Source of the DNA: Mobula hypostoma
Taxonomy: Eukaryota
DNA length: 64,000 nucleotides
NCBI RefSeq assembly: GCF_963921235.1
Contig: NC_086124.1
Span: 23,994,001 to 24,058,000, forward strand
Direction: 5' to 3'
Shown here: positions 38,901-52,824 of the stretch, one piece after another
How positions within the stretch are numbered: the first letter of the stretch is position 1
How the letters are laid out: each line of letters starts with the position of its first letter
The notes under the pieces: generated by a model
The model's input: only the letters and a program-made list of their open reading frames with translations
The model's database searches: none
Told to the model about the DNA's origin: nothing
Translations under genes and position numbers: made by a program

Positions 38901-39590
38901 ACTATCCTTTTGCTATTAATATAACTGTAGAAACCCTTGGGATTTATTTTCACCTTAGTTGCCAAAGCAGCTTCATATCTTCTTTTAGCTTTTCTAATTT
39001 CTTTCTTAAGATTCTTTTTACATTCTTTATATTCCTCAAGCACCTCATTTGCTCCAAGCTGCCTATATTTATTGTAGATCCCTCTCTTTTTCCGAACCAA
39101 GTTTCCAATATCCCTTGAAAACCATGGCTCTCAAACTTTTAACCTTTCCTTTCAACCTAACAGGGACATAAAAATCTCTCAAAATTTCACCTTTAAATTA
39201 CCTCCATTTCTCTATTACATCCTTCCCATAAAACAAATTGTCCCAATCCACTCCTTCAAATCCTTTGGCATCTCCTCAAAATTAGCCTTTCTCTAATCAA
39301 AAATCTCAACCTTAGGTCCAGACCTATCCTTCTCCATAATGATATTGAAACTAATAGCATTGTGATCACTGGACCCGAAGTGCTCCCCAACACATACCTC
39401 TGTCACCTGACCTATCTCATTCCCTAAAAGGAGATCCAACACTGCCCCTTCTCTAGTTGGTACCTCTATGTATTGCTGCAAAAAACTATCCTGCACACAG
39501 TTTACAAACTCCAAACCATCCAGCACTTTTACAAAATGGGCTTCGCAGTAAATGTGTGGAAAATTTAAATCTCCCACAATCACAACCTTG
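35920..39590 (-). mobile_element. Long 5'-truncated CR1 LINE (endonuclease end plus RT), interrupted by an L1-like insertion
   Basis: Collinear ORFs 39293-39583 (IVGDLNFPHI), 38702-39100, 37137-37484, 36608-37168 (DFSKAFDKV, SGVPQGSALGP, YADDTK) and 35975-36592, then the 3' UTR. Confidence 0.95.
37504..38711 (-). mobile_element. 5'-truncated L1/Tx1-clade LINE with 17-bp TSD
   Basis: ORF 37874-38350 (IQFKVVHRAY..CDRC..SLTHMFWSC) is the L1 ORF2 C-terminal Cys-rich region. Flanks gtacttcctcttctttt (37487-37503) and gtacttccacttctttt (38712-38728). Confidence 0.88.
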
Positions 39591-39599
39591 TGCTTACTT

Positions 39600-40190
39600 A
39601 CAAATATCTGCTACTTCCTTACAAATTTGCTCTAAAGCCACCTCTCACCCTGCTTTGCTCCAAAGTGAAAAGCCCCACCTTGCCCAATCTATCCTCATAA
39701 GACATCCCTCAAATCCAGGCAGCACACTGGTAGATATCCGCTGCACCCTCTCGAAAGCTTCCAGATCCTTCCTAGAATGTGGCGACCAACACAAGACCCA
39801 AAGGGGTTTTATAGAGCTGCAAAATTAGCTGGTTACTCTTGAACTAAATCCCCCGTCCAATGAAGGCCACCTCGCCATACACCTTCTTAAGAACCCTATC
39901 GACTTGTGCAGCAACTTTGAGGGATCTGTGGATGTGAATCCCAAGTTCCCACTGTCCCTCCAACTGCTCAGAATCCAGCCACTCACTCTGCACTCTGCTT
40001 TCAAACCCGACTTTCCGAAGTGAATCACTTCACACTTTTCCAGCTTGAACCCCATCTGCCACCTCCCAGCCCAGTTCGTCATCCTGTCAGTATCCCGTTG
40101 TAACCCATGACAACCTTCTCCGCCATCCACATCTCCACCAAACTCCGTGTCATCTGCAAACTTACAAACCCCGCCCTTCCACATTTAATT
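39600..40190 (-). mobile_element. CR1 LINE RT C-terminal fragment
   Basis: CKFADDTEFGG..LQRDTDR..KCEVIHFG (ORF 39825-40184). Confidence 0.85.
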
Positions 40191-40759
40191 TCCTTGGGGT
40201 CGGAAGCATGAGAATGTCTGCAGATGCTGGAAATCCAGGGCATCTCACACAAAATGCTGGAGGAACTCAGCAGGTCAGGCAGCATCTAAGGAAATTAATA
40301 AACTGTCACCGTTTCAGGCCGAGACCCTCCTTCACGCCTGGAAAGGAAGGGGGAAGAATGCAGAATTAAAAAATGTGGGCAGGGAAGGGGAGGAGGATAG
40401 CTAGAAGGTACATTGGTTATTTGTCTGTCTTTGCTTATGTATAGTTTTTCTATTGCATTTCTAGAAGATAGCTAGGGAGCCAGGTGGATAGAAAAGGTAA
40501 AAGGCTGGAATCTTTTACAAACATACAGAAGTATGAAAAGGAGAGGGAGAGAAGCTGACAGAGGAAGTTGTACACGAAGATGAGATTATGAAAGGAATGT
40601 GTAAAGACAGAGGCAGGAAAGATCTATCCACTGGTGAGTGAGACTAAAACTGGATTTTGGACTGAGATGAGGAGGAACTGCTTCTCACAGATATTGGTGA
40701 AGCTGTGGAATTCTCTGCCAAGTGAAGCAGTAGAGGCCACGTCACTAATTTACATTCAG

Positions 40760-41500
40760 TTGCCACTCTATTGTCAACACCGGTACACCTGCTTGTTAAT
40801 ATAAATATCTAATCAGCCAATCATGTGGCAACAACTCAATGCATAAAAGCATGTGGACATGGGCAGGAGGTTTGGTTGTGGTTCAAAGCAAACAACAGAA
40901 TGAGGAAGAAACATGATCTAATTGACTTAGGCTGTGGAATGATTGTTGGTGCCAGATGGAGTGGTTTGAGTATCTCAGTAGCTGCTGATCTCCTGGGATT
41001 TTTATGCACAACAGTCTGTAGAGATTACAGAGAATGGTGCAAAAAACACAATGCATACAGTGAGCGGCAGTTCTGTGGGTGAAAATGCCTTGTTAATAGA
41101 CAATAGGTGCAGGAGTAGGCCATTCAGCCCTTCGAGCCAGCACCACCATTCACTATGATCATGGCTGATCATCCACAATCAGTACCCTTTCCTGCCTTCT
41201 CCCCATATCCCTTCTCTCCGCTGTCTTTAAGAGTTCTATGTAACTCTTTTTTGAAAGAATCCAAAGAATTGGCCTCCACTGCCTTCTGAGGCAGAGCATT
41301 CCACAGAAGCACAATGAGAGAGTTCAGAGGAGAATGGCCAGACTGGTTCAAGCTGACAGGAAGGTGACAGTAACTCAAATAACCACACGTTACAACAGCG
41401 GTGTGCAATAGAACATCTCTGAATGCATAACACGTCGAACCTTAAAATGGATGGGCTACAGCAGCAGAAGATCATGAACATACACTCAGTGGCCACTTTA
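40760..41500 (+). mobile_element. Tc1/mariner-derived remnant with a nested CR1 piece
   Basis: ORF 40825-41082 resembles a Tc1 N-terminal HTH (GMIVGAR..GLSIS..ADLLGF..TTV.R.YREW). Ends with the TIR-like tacactcagtggccacttta. Related copy at 49870-50384. Confidence 0.7.
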
Positions 41501-41711
41501 AGTACCCAACTGCCTGTATAAATTTATGAAAGGCAGGAGCGAAAAAGGAGACAGGAAAATTGTAGGTGAGATGAGAACTAAGAGGCATAGCCTCAACATT
41601 CTGGGGTGTTGATTTAGGAGGGAGATGAGGAGAAATTGTTTTTTATCCCCAGAGGTTTATGAATCTGCCCTGGGTGCTTGCTCCCCATTCCAAAGACTTA
41701 TGGGTTAGTAG

Positions 41712-42000
41712 TGTGTGGCGCATGGCCAAGTGATTAGGGCATCGGACTAGCGATCTGAAGGTCATGGGGTTCGAGCCTCGGCTGAGGCAGCGTGTGTGTC
41801 CTTGAGCAAGGCACTTAACCACACAATGCTCCAGTCTACCCAGCTGAGGATGGGTACCGGCAAAATAGCTGGAGGTTAACCTCGCAATAGACTGGCGTCC
41901 TATCTGGGGGTGGGGGGGGTCTCGTACTCTCAGTCGCTTCGCGCCACAGAAACCAGCATAAACAGCAGCCTGATGGGCCACAAGGCCCGTGACAGACTTT
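41712..42000 (+). mobile_element. tRNA-derived SINE
   Basis: A-box/B-box-like head (tggccaagtgattaggg ... ggggttcgagcctc) followed by gtgtccttgagcaaggcacttaacc and a tail. Confidence 0.75.
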
Positions 42001-43299
42001 AATCTGAAAAAAAAGGGTTAGTAGGATAATTGGTCACTTGGGTATAATTGGGTGGCATGGACTCGATGGCCAGAAGGAGCTATTAACTGTGTTGTACCCC
42101 TAAATACAAATTAAACAAAAAATAAGTTCCCATGAAGGAATGTTGTCGATGGGGAAGCTCCAACTACAGGAGATGGAGGAACTCGGCAGGTCGGGCAGTG
42201 TCTGTGGAGGGAGATGGCCAGTCGGCGTTTTGGACCCGGACCCTTCACCAGGACTACCTCGTTCATCTCCATAGACGCTGCCTGACCCACTGAGATCCCC
42301 CGGCCCCTTGCGTGTCGCTTCAGATTCCAGCGTCCGTAAACCGACACGGTTCCCCGTGGTCGGCAAAGTCAGGAGACACATGACCCAGGAAAGCTGGGCT
42401 TTGAGGAAGCAGAAGTGGCTTGCCCACAGAGGGAAGTGGGTGGCAGTATTCTGCCTGGAGGTCGGTGACTAGAGAGCGGCGTACCACAGAGATCTGTTCT
42501 GAGCTTTATGATTTTTATAAATAACTTGGATGGAGAAGTGGAAGGTTGGGTGACTAAGATTGCAGATGACTCGAAGGTTGGTGGAGTTGTGGACAGTGTA
42601 GAAGCCAGAGGGTTTTTCCCTATGATGGAAATAGCTAATATGGGGGGGGGGGTGGGGTGGCATAATTTTAAATCGATTGCGAGAAAGTATAGAGGGATGA
42701 CAGAGGTAGGTTTTTTACACAGAGAGTAGATGGTGAGCGGAAGGCCAGGATGGTAGTGGAGGCAAATACCTGAGGGACATTTAAGAAACATTTAGGTAGG
42801 CACACGGTTGATAGGATAATAGAGGGCTATGTGCTAGATTGATCTTAGAGTAGGTTAATGGGTCAGCACCACATTGTGGGCCGAAGGGCCTCCACTGTGC
42901 TCTAATGGTCTATGTTTATGTTCTCATGTCCACATGGTACAGGTGTACATGGCGAGGGATACTGATGCAGTCACGGCAAATGATTTGCGGGGAAGGATGT
43001 CAGTGAGGGACCTGTCACCGACTGGGGCCACTGAAACTTTCTCTCAAATACTGCATGGGTGATTCGATTGAGAAGGACAGCTCAGATTCACGAGGACTGG
43101 AGGGATTAAATTATGAGGAGAGATTGGATAGACTGGGATTACTTTCCCTGCAGTGAGGGAGACTGAGGAGTCACGGAGTCATGGCTAGGGGAACAGAACC
43201 TTCGGCCCATCACAGCCACATTGAGGTGTTACCAAACTTGGCTCATCCTATTTGTCTCCTCGATCTTCAAGATTCAAGGTTGCTGAATGCCATTGCAGA

Positions 43300-44420
43300 G
43301 GTAACAGTGGGACATTGATAGGCTGCAAAACTGGGCTGAAAAGTGGCAGATGGACTTCAACCCAGATAAGTGTGAGGTGGTTCATTTTGGTAGGTCAAAT
43401 ATGATGACAGAATATAGCATTAATGGCAAGACTCTTGGCAGTGTGGAGGATCAGAGAGATCTTGGAGTGCGAGTCCATAGGACACACGAAGCTGCTAAAG
43501 AGGTTGACTTTATGGTTAAGAAAGCATATGGAGCATTAGCCTTCATTAATCGTGCGATTGAGTTTAAGAACCGAGAGGTAATATTGCAGCTATATAGGAC
43601 ACTGGTCACACCACACTTGGAGTACTGTGCTCAATTCTGGTCACCTCACTACAGGAAGGACATGGAAACCATAGAAAGGGTGCAGAGGAGATTTACAAGG
43701 ATGTTGCCTGAATTGGTTGAGTGAACTCGGCCTTTGCTCCTTGGAGCAGGGAGGATGAGAGGTGACCTGGTAGGGGTGTCCAAGGTACTGAGAGGCACTG
43801 ATCTTGTGAATAGTCAGAGGCTTTTTCCCAGGGCTGAAATGGCTAGCATGAGAGGACATAGTTTTAAGGTGCTTGTAAGAAGATACAGAGCAGATGTCAG
43901 GGGTAGGTATTTTTACACAGAGGGTGGTGAGTGCGTGGAATGAGCTGCCGGCGGCGGTGGTGGAGGTGGAAACGATAAGTTATTTTAAGAGACTCCGGGA
44001 GTGTAGAAGAATGAGGGGAGATTTGATAGAGGTATATAAAATTATGATGGGTATAGATAGAGTGAATGCAAGCAGGCTTTTTCCACTGAGGCAAGGGGAG
44101 AAAAAACCAGAGGACATGGGTTAAGGGTGAGGGGGGAAGAGTTTAAAGGGAACATTGGAGTGGGGGGAGACTTCTTCACACAGAGAGTGGTGGGAGTGTG
44201 GAATGAGCTGCCAGACGAGGTGGTAAATGTGGGTTCTTTTTTAACATTTAAGAATAAATTGGACAGATACATGGATGGGAGGTGTATGGAGGGATATGGT
44301 CCGTGTGCAGGTCAGTGAGACTAGGCAGAAAATGGTTCAGCACAGCCAAGAAGGGCCAAAAGGCCTGTTTCTGTGCTGTAGTTTTTCTATGGTTTCTATG
44401 GATGGATCCATGGAGCTTAG
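43300..44420 (+). mobile_element. Stacked CR1 3' fragments
   Basis: ORFs 43350-43724, 43734-43943, 43894-44124 and 44127-44318 repeat the CR1 ORF2 tail, followed by 3' UTRs. Confidence 0.85.
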
Positions 44421-47400
44421 AAAAATAGAGGGCTATGGGTAAAGCCTAGGTAGTTCGAAGGTAAGGACATGTTCAGCACAGCTTTTTGGGCCAAAGGGCC
44501 TGTATTGTGCTGTAGTTTTTCTATGTTTCTATGTTTCTAAATGAGACAAAATCAAACTCGATGGGCTGAATGGCCTAATTCTGCTCCTATGGCTTATGGT
44601 CTTAAGAAGTCGGAAGTTGATCGTTTCCTGTTCGGTCAGGGCATCAAAGGATATGGTGAGAGGGCAGGTGAATGGGGTTGAGTGGGATCCCAGATGGAAT
44701 GGCAGAGCAGACTCGATGGGCTGAATGGCATAATTCTGCTCCTGTGTCTTATGGTCTTTTGGAAATAATTGTCAGTCCAGATCTGATGCAGCACAAAAAA
44801 TACACAGAAGATAAAGAACATAAATAATTCTTTAAAATAAATTTAAAATAGCAGCTCAACTCTGAACTGAACTAAACTGAAGGAGAATGAGGTTGAGAGG
44901 GCAAATAAGTCAGCCATGATTGAAAGGTGGAACGGCCTTGATGGGCCAAAGTTTGATCCTATGTCTTATATATACGTATAAAAAGTACAAAGCAAATTTA
45001 TTACCAAATTACACAGATGTCACCGTACAAAACTCTGAGATTCCTTTTCTTGTGGGCATACTCAGTAAATCTAAGGACCAAAATAGAATCAATGGAAGAC
45101 CGCAATCAACAGGGCGGACAAATGACCGATGTGCAAAGGACACGGATCTATGCAAATATAAAACAAAGAAGTAATAATAATTAATAAACAAGCAATAAAT
45201 ACCAAGAACATGAGATGACAAGTCCTTGAAAGTGAGTCTATAGGTTGCGGGAACATTACAGTGATGATAGTCCTGATCTTCAACCTGACCTACTTTTGGA
45301 GGCCTGGCAGAACTAAACCACCCCCAGGCGGTGCTGGTTTTGTTAGTTCTACTGACATTGAGACGCTGCTGGGACTTTCCACCCGGATGTTGGCAACCAC
45401 AGTTAAGCTGGCATCACAAACCTCCATTTGGGGCCGTGTGTGACCCTGTACAAAAATACCTCGTCAACTCTACCTAACTCAGTACCTCACAGGCAAACTC
45501 CTCTCCACCATCGGGAATATCTAGAGAAACCACTGCCTCAAAGAGGCAACATCCGAGGATCAACTTGAGGCACCATATACGTTGATATGGATAGGAATTT
45601 GCCGTGGTGGTGGGTCAGGATGTGTCATGCAACAGAAAACAACAATAATATCAAATAAAGAATTATATAAAATATAAATTTCAAGGTTAAAGTACAGATT
45701 TGGTACAAAATGTGCATAAATACAGAAATAGGAGCATGTAAACGTTTATAAAAAGTGGTTTCAAGTGTTTACAGTGTAGTGATGGAGGTAATAGATAGAG
45801 GGGGTGGGGGAGGTCACTAGATTGGCTGATCAGATTAACTGCCTGGGGGAAGAAACTTTAAGATGGCATTAAGTCTTTGTTTTAATAGCCCTCTTGTGCT
45901 TTCCAGAAAGGAGTTTTCTGAAAAGGCAGTTTGCTGGGTGGGTTGTGGCCGTAATGATTTTTCCTGCCCACGACTTTATCCAGGACACATACAAGTCCAG
46001 TAGTGATAGTAGACTGCAGTCAATAACCTTTTTTTGCAGACCTGACAATTCACTCTCTCCATTGTCAAATATCCCCACCATCCGAGCCATGCCATTTTCT
46101 GACTGCTACTGTGGACAGGAGATTCGGAATCAGATTCAGACTGATTTATGCATCGCATGTCGATCAAAACAAGTCACGGTTCTGACTGAACAGTGGCCAA
46201 GTTTCAGAGCTCCAAGTCCCTGGAGTATAGTTGGCTGCCGCTGTCCCTGACTCAGACTGCCAATTATTGCCTGCCACATTTCTGTACGGCCTCGTGCTGA
46301 GCACTCTGTGCTCAATCATAGGAGTTCCATTTATGTGCTTTCGCCTTTGGAGTTTGTTTGTGTCGTCTTGGTTATTTCGAGTCTGTGTCTAAGTCTGAGT
46401 CTATGTGTATTCTAGACAGCGCTCTGCACCTGTGTTCACCACCGTTCATTGCTCTCTTGTTATAGCAACATACAGTGAAGCTCGCCATTTGTATTAACAA
46501 ACAACACAACCTAAAGATGTGCTGGGGGGGGGGCGCAGCCTGCAAGTGTCGCCACAGATCCTGGCACCGACATCGCGTGGTCTCGATGTTCAGCAGAACA
46601 ACACAAGCAATGACGATGACAGCGACGCAAAGCCCTATCCTCTCTTCCACCCACCCACACAGACAGGCCTCCAATCCCAGGACAGGACGCCTCTGGTGCA
46701 TTCACTAACATCAGGCCTCTGACTTCCAGACCTGCCAACCCAGGGCGTCAAACATCAGAACGAGACTTTGGAACTCGATGACTTCGGTCTTTGACCTATG
46801 GGTTGCCATTCTGCGGTATTCACCTTCACGGGACCCCAAACTCCAGGCCTTGAACCCTGGACTCGTATGAGCCTCCGACTGATAGAAGGGGGTGGGAGGG
46901 TGTAGAAGTTTGAAGTCCCATGTCACCTGGTTCAGGAACAGCACCTTCACTTCAAACACGTGTTCTCAAACGTGCCGACAAAATCCCAATCTTGAGAGTT
47001 GAACGAACTCTCAACATTTTGCGCTAAAATAGTCTTTGTTTTGTTATTCTGTTCTTTCTTGTAAAAATAGTGTGCGATTTATGTTTTTCTGGTAAACGCT
47101 GCTTATGTGACATTATTTCTTCATTATCTTTCATTTCCTGAGTGCGCATGTGTACTTGTGCAGATGACAGTAAACTGGAATTTGATGTCCCTTTGAGTGC
47201 AGATCCAACCATTCCTCATATATCAAAGTTCAAAGTTAATTTATTATCAAAGTACGTATATGTCACCATATATTTCCCTGAGATTCATTTTCTTGTGGGC
47301 ATTCACAGCAGAACAAAGAAATACATTAGAATCAATGAAAAACTACACACAAAGACTGACAGACAAACAATCTGCAAAAGAAGACAGACTGTGCAAATAC

Positions 47401-49084
47401 ATACAAAAAAAACAAATAATAATAGAAATATCGAAAACCTACAGCACAATACAGGCCCTTCGACCCACAATGCTGTGCCTAACATGTACTTACTTTAGAT
47501 ATTACCTAGGGTTACCCATAGCCCTTGATTTTTCTAAGCTCCGTGTACCCCCAGGAACCTCTTAAAAGACCCTATTGTATCTGCCTCCTCCACCGTCACC
47601 AGCAGCCCATTCCACACACTCACCACTCTTTGTAAAAAAATTTACCCCTGACATCTCCTCTGTATCTAATTCCAAAAACCTTAAAACTGTGCCCTCTCAT
47701 GTTACCCCTAATAAAGGTTGAGGACCTCTTATCCGAAATTCCAGTATCTGAAACCGCTGAAATCCAGATTTTTTTGAGCGCTGACATGATGTCACGGATG
47801 GAAAATTCCACGAGGCGGAGGGAAGGTTCCCAGACAATGCGCAGTTCTCTGCACACCACAGGAAGCTCTGAGAAGGGACCTCACATATGTGATGATCCGA
47901 AGTTAATGAAAAATAGAAAACACCGCTTAAAGTGAAAAAATGAAGACCTCGAACTTTGCAAGCATATTCTTCCTGAAATGCAGAGATTAGAACTGTACAC
48001 AGTGCAACACATGCAAAGTGGTGGAGGAACTCAGCAAGTTAGTCAGAATCTATAGAGGTAGCAGGCAGCAGGAGTTCATGGGTTTGTGCCTTTGGTGGAC
48101 TCTATCGTCTCCAGGGCGGGAAGATTTGAAGATCTAGCTGTGGCCCGTGCAGCAGGTTCCCCCTCTCCACATCACTGATGTAGTCCAAGGGAAGGGCAAG
48201 TACTGATACAGCTTGGCACCAGTGTCATCGCAGAGGTTGCCAGAGTGAAGTTGTAAACACCATCAAACTGCCTTAAGGACCCCGGTTCCAGATCTTTTCC
48301 TCAGGGTTTACTCCATAAGCCTTTCCCATAGGTGAGTATGGCCGCAAGGCAGCGGAGGTTTCAAATCTCCTAGATGGGCTGCCGTCCAAGGCTAAGGAAC
48401 CCTGCCTGCCCGAGTCAGAACCTATAGGGGAGGATACAGAGTCGACGTTTCAGACCCAGACACTTTGTCAGGACTGGAAAGGAACGTGGGAGTGGGGGGT
48501 GTTATTTGCAGAATCCAGAATAAGAAGGCATGTGGAGGGGAAGAAGTACAAGCTGGAAGGTGATAGGTGGGACCAGGTGAGGGGGGTGAAGTAAGAAGCT
48601 GGGGAGATGATAAAGGGCTGAAGAAGATGGAATCTGATAGGGGAGGATCATGGGAGAAAGGGAAAGAGGAGGGGTACCAGGGTAGGTGATGGGTAGGTAA
48701 GGAGAAGAGGTAAGAGGGGAACCAGATTGAGGAATGGAAAAAGAGAATTGAATTGAATTGACTTTATTTCTTACGTCCTTCACATACATGAGGAGTAAAA
48801 ATCTTTACGTTACATCTCCATCTAAGCGTGCAATGTGCAATCATAGTAATTTATAATAATTTATAATAAATAGAACAGTCAATGTAATATAGAGTACACT
48901 CAAATCAGCGTGAGTTCATCAGTCCGATGGCCTGGTGGAAGAAGAGTGGAAGGAAGGGAGGGGAAGAAATGATTGAAAGTTAGAGATATCGATGTTCATT
49001 CTCCCAGTTTAAAGGAGATGGCAGGGCAAGAATTTAGTAAGACACAAGAATTTAGTAAGACACAATGATGGCTGCTTGAAACGG

Positions 49085-49310
49085 GCTGTCATAGGTGGTG
49101 ATGGAGGTGAGGGGTGCCATGGGTAGTGTTGGGGGTGAGGAGTGCCAAGGATGGTAATGGAGTGAGTGGTGCCATGGGTGGTGATGGGGGTGAGGGGTCC
49201 GATGGATGGTGATGGGGGTGAGGGGTCCCATGGATGGTGATGGGAGTAAGGGGTGGGATGCCATGGATGGTGATGGGGGTGTGGGGTGCCATGGGTGGTG
49301 ATGGAGGGCA
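49085..49310 (+). repeat. G-rich minisatellite, ~28-bp unit (ccatgggtggtgatgggggtgaggggt-like), ~8 copies
   Basis: Tandem degenerate units visible directly. Confidence 0.85.
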
Positions 49311-49869
49311 CTAATGAGGCATTTAAACGAGGAGCCTGAATTCGAAATAGAAAAACAGGGGGTGGGTATGGAATTACCAGAAGTTAGAGAAATCGATGTT
49401 CATGCCACCAGGTTGGAAGCTACCCAATTGGAAAATGGGGTATTGCTCCTCTAATCTGAGGGTGCCTCATCATGGCAGTAGTGGAGGCTATGGGCAGACA
49501 TGCTGGAATGGGGATGGGAAGTCGGAATGAAATGAGTGATGGGAAATTCTAGCTCCCAGTGACAATCCATTTCAATTCAACTTTGTAACGTCATTGTTTA
49601 TTCCCCTCCATAGATGTGGCCTGAGCTGCTGAGGTCCACCAGCATTTTTCCATGTGTTGCACTGGATTTCGAGCTTCTGCAGAACCTCTTGTGTTTGTGC
49701 TGTATCCACATGTCCTTTAAAACTTTCATCCATACACCCCCAATCTCATACACCCAATAAGGACCAACATTCCAATAGACGTTGCAATTATTTGCCGTAC
49801 CTCTAACTTACTTTTTTAAAAGTTTCACATGCTGTGCTCAGTATCTATTTTATTAGGTACGTCTCTACA

Positions 49870-50384
49870 CCAACTTGTTAATGGTAATATCTAATCACCC
49901 AATTGTGTGGCAGCAACTCAATGCATAAAAGCATGCTGACATGGTCAAGAGGTTCAGTTGTTCAGACCAAACATCAGAATGGGGGAAGAAATGTGATCTG
50001 TGACTTTGACCGTGGAATGATTGTTGGTGCCAGATGGGTGGGGGGGGTGTGGTTTGAGTATCTCAGAAACTGCTGATCTCTTGGGATTTTCATACACAGC
50101 AGTCTCTGTTTTACTGAGATTGGCGTGGAAATCAAAGCAAAATGAAAAAATAAATCCAGTAAGATTTAGTTCTGTGGGCAAAAATGAGCAAGGCCAGAGG
50201 AGAGTGGCAAGACTGATTAAAGCTGACAGTAACTCAACTGTTTTGTGCAGAAGTGCATCTCTGAATGCACAACACATTGAACCTTGAACTGGATGGGCTA
50301 CAGCAGCAGAAGATCATGAACATACACTCAGTGGCCACTTTACTAGGTACAGGAGGTAACTAATAAAGTGGCCACTGAGTATAT
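49870..50384 (+). mobile_element. Tc1-derived element ending in a doubled-TIR hairpin
   Basis: Same HTH remnant as 40825. Arms 50322-50350 and 50356-50384 are inverted copies with 3 mismatches. Confidence 0.75.
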
Positions 50385-51366
50385 TTATCCACCCTCAACA
50401 AAACATTGGTTAGACCACAGTTGGAATTTTGTGTTCAGTTCTGGTCGCCTCATTATAGGAAGGATGTGAAAGATTCAGAGAGGGTGCAGAGGAGATTTAC
50501 CAGGATGCTGCCTTGCTGAGGTAGATTGGGCGAGCTAGGAATTTTGGAGTTAATGAGGATGTGAGGTGACCTGATAGAGGTGTGCAATGTGATAAGACAG
50601 GCTGCAGTTTTCTCCCAGGGTGGAAATAGATAATACAAGGGGGCAAAATTTTAAAAGTGATTGGAAGAAAGTATTCTTTATACAGTATGATGCGTGTATG
50701 GGTGGTGATAGAGGCAGATACATTTGGAACATTTAAGAAACTCTGAGGCAGGCACATGGATGACTGGAAAAATGGAGGGCTCTGTAGGAGGGAAGGGTTA
50801 GATTGATCTTGGAGTTGGTTCAACGGCCAGTACAATTTAGCGGGCTGAATGGGCAGTACTGTTCTTTAATCGATCCTACGCCACCTGCCAATTTCCTATC
50901 CACACATTTAACCTGTCATCGGCACGGCGTGCGGCTGAAGGGGAACAATGGACGAATTCACAACACAAGGGCCGTCACAAGATCTTGGCGGCTCTGTACG
51001 CGGAGTTTTTAATATCTGCTTGTCGGTGTGTTTCTGAGGTCACTGTGTTTTTGATAAGGAAGTTGGGTTTACATTTCAACCTTGTTCGCTGGAGACGGCG
51101 AGGCAGCGGGGACTTTCTGTAGCTACAAGGAAGCTTCACAGCGGGACGTGAGCCAGGGACACGATCAATTACAAACGTGGTGATAACTGATTGGCGTTGA
51201 AATAAGATCGCGGAGCAGAATACTGATTAATGGCGTGCCTGTAATTTCGCAAGGGGATGAAATTTCAAGCAGGAATTTACAGCGCAGAACAGCCAAGGAA
51301 AACAAAGAGAGCTTCTTAGAGATGTTAGTCATTTAGTTCATTATAATCTATGCAGGCTCTCTCCGC

Positions 51367-51760
51367 TCCCTCCGCACCGTCCCGACAGGGGCTCCCGGGG
51401 TCAAACGCAGAGTGAAGCTCCCTCTACACTGTCCCATCACACACTCCCGAGGTCACACAGAGTGAAGCTCCCTCCACACCGACTCATCACACACAACCGT
51501 GGTCAGACACAGAGTGAAGCTTCCTCCACACCATCCCATCACACACTCCCGGGGTCAGACGCAGAGTGAAGCTCCCTCTACACTGTCCCATCACACACTC
51601 CCGGGGTCAGACACAGAGTGTGACTCCCTCCACACCGTTCCATCACACACTCCCGGGGTCAGACACAGAGTGAAGCTCCCTCCACACTGTCCTATCAATC
51701 ATGCCTGGGTTCAGACCCAGAGTAAATTTCCCTCTGCACCGTTCCATCACGCACTCCCGG
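51367..51760 (+). repeat. 52-bp satellite array (~7 units)
   Basis: Unit cagagtgaagctccctccacaccgtcccatcacacactcccggggtcagaca. Confidence 0.95.
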
Positions 51761-52824
51761 GGCCAGTAAAAAGACATCAATCCTATAGCCTTACATAAGG
51801 CATAGGAGCAGAAATAGGCCATTCAGCCCATCAAGTGCTCTGTCATTCTATCATGGCTGATTTATTATCCTTCTCAGCCCCATTCTCCTGCCTTCTCCCT
51901 GTAAACTCTGAAACTCTTACCAATGAAGAACCTACCAACCTCCACTTTAAATACACCCATTGACTTGGCCTCCACAGCCGTCTGTGGCAGTGCATTCCAC
52001 AGATTCACCACCATCTAGCTGAAGAAATTCCTCCTCATCTCTGTTCTAAAGGGATATCCTTGTATTCTGAAGCTGTCCCCTCTGGTCCTAGACTCCCCCA
52101 TTATACGTAGAAACGTAGAAAACCTACAGCACAATACAGGCCCTTCGGCCCACAAAGCTGTGCTGAACCTGAGAAATTACCTAGGGTTCATTATAGGAAA
52201 CATTCTCTCCACATCCACTCTATCGAGGCCTTTCATTATCCAATAGGTTTCAATTCAATGTTCTCACTGTGTACTTTCATTCATACACCCATCAAATTCC
52301 ATCACCACAACCCAAATTTCCTTGGGAACTGAGGAATTCAGTAACCAATTAATATAGTATGGTGTTTAGTTATTAGGTAATAATATTAAAACAGTTATGG
52401 AAGTGTATAAGCCGTCATGACTTTGGGACAAGAGGGTCTTAGTCCACGAAGTTGACTGTTTATTTCCCTACACAGATGATGCCGAACTTGCTGAGTTCCT
52501 GCAGCATTTTGCATGTTGCTCTGTATTTCCTGCATCAGCAGAATCTAAAAATGAGGAATTCTGCAGATGCTGGAAATCCAAAACAACACATGCAAGTCCT
52601 GAAGCAGCATTCATAGAGGGATTGAATGAACTAGTCCCGGTGAAGGGTCCCGGCCTGAAACGTCGACTGTTTCTTCATTTCCAGAGGTGCTGCCTGACCT
52701 GCTGAGTTCCTCCAGCATTTTGTGTGTGTTACTCTCGCAGAATCTTTTGTGTTTACAATCTCAGCTGGTGAAAGTCTCATTCGTATTTCTGACTAACAAA
52801 CATCAAACGATGTGAAGCATCCGG

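Noticed and set aside
41712-41790. tRNA gene
   Set aside because: The A/B-box head continues into a SINE core and tail and does not fold into a complete cloverleaf.
45250-45480. Perfect GGGACTTTCC kappaB site (45371-45380) and short open frames in a unique island
   Set aside because: A single 10-mer is expected by chance in 64 kb; there is no adjacent gene start or recognisable protein similarity.
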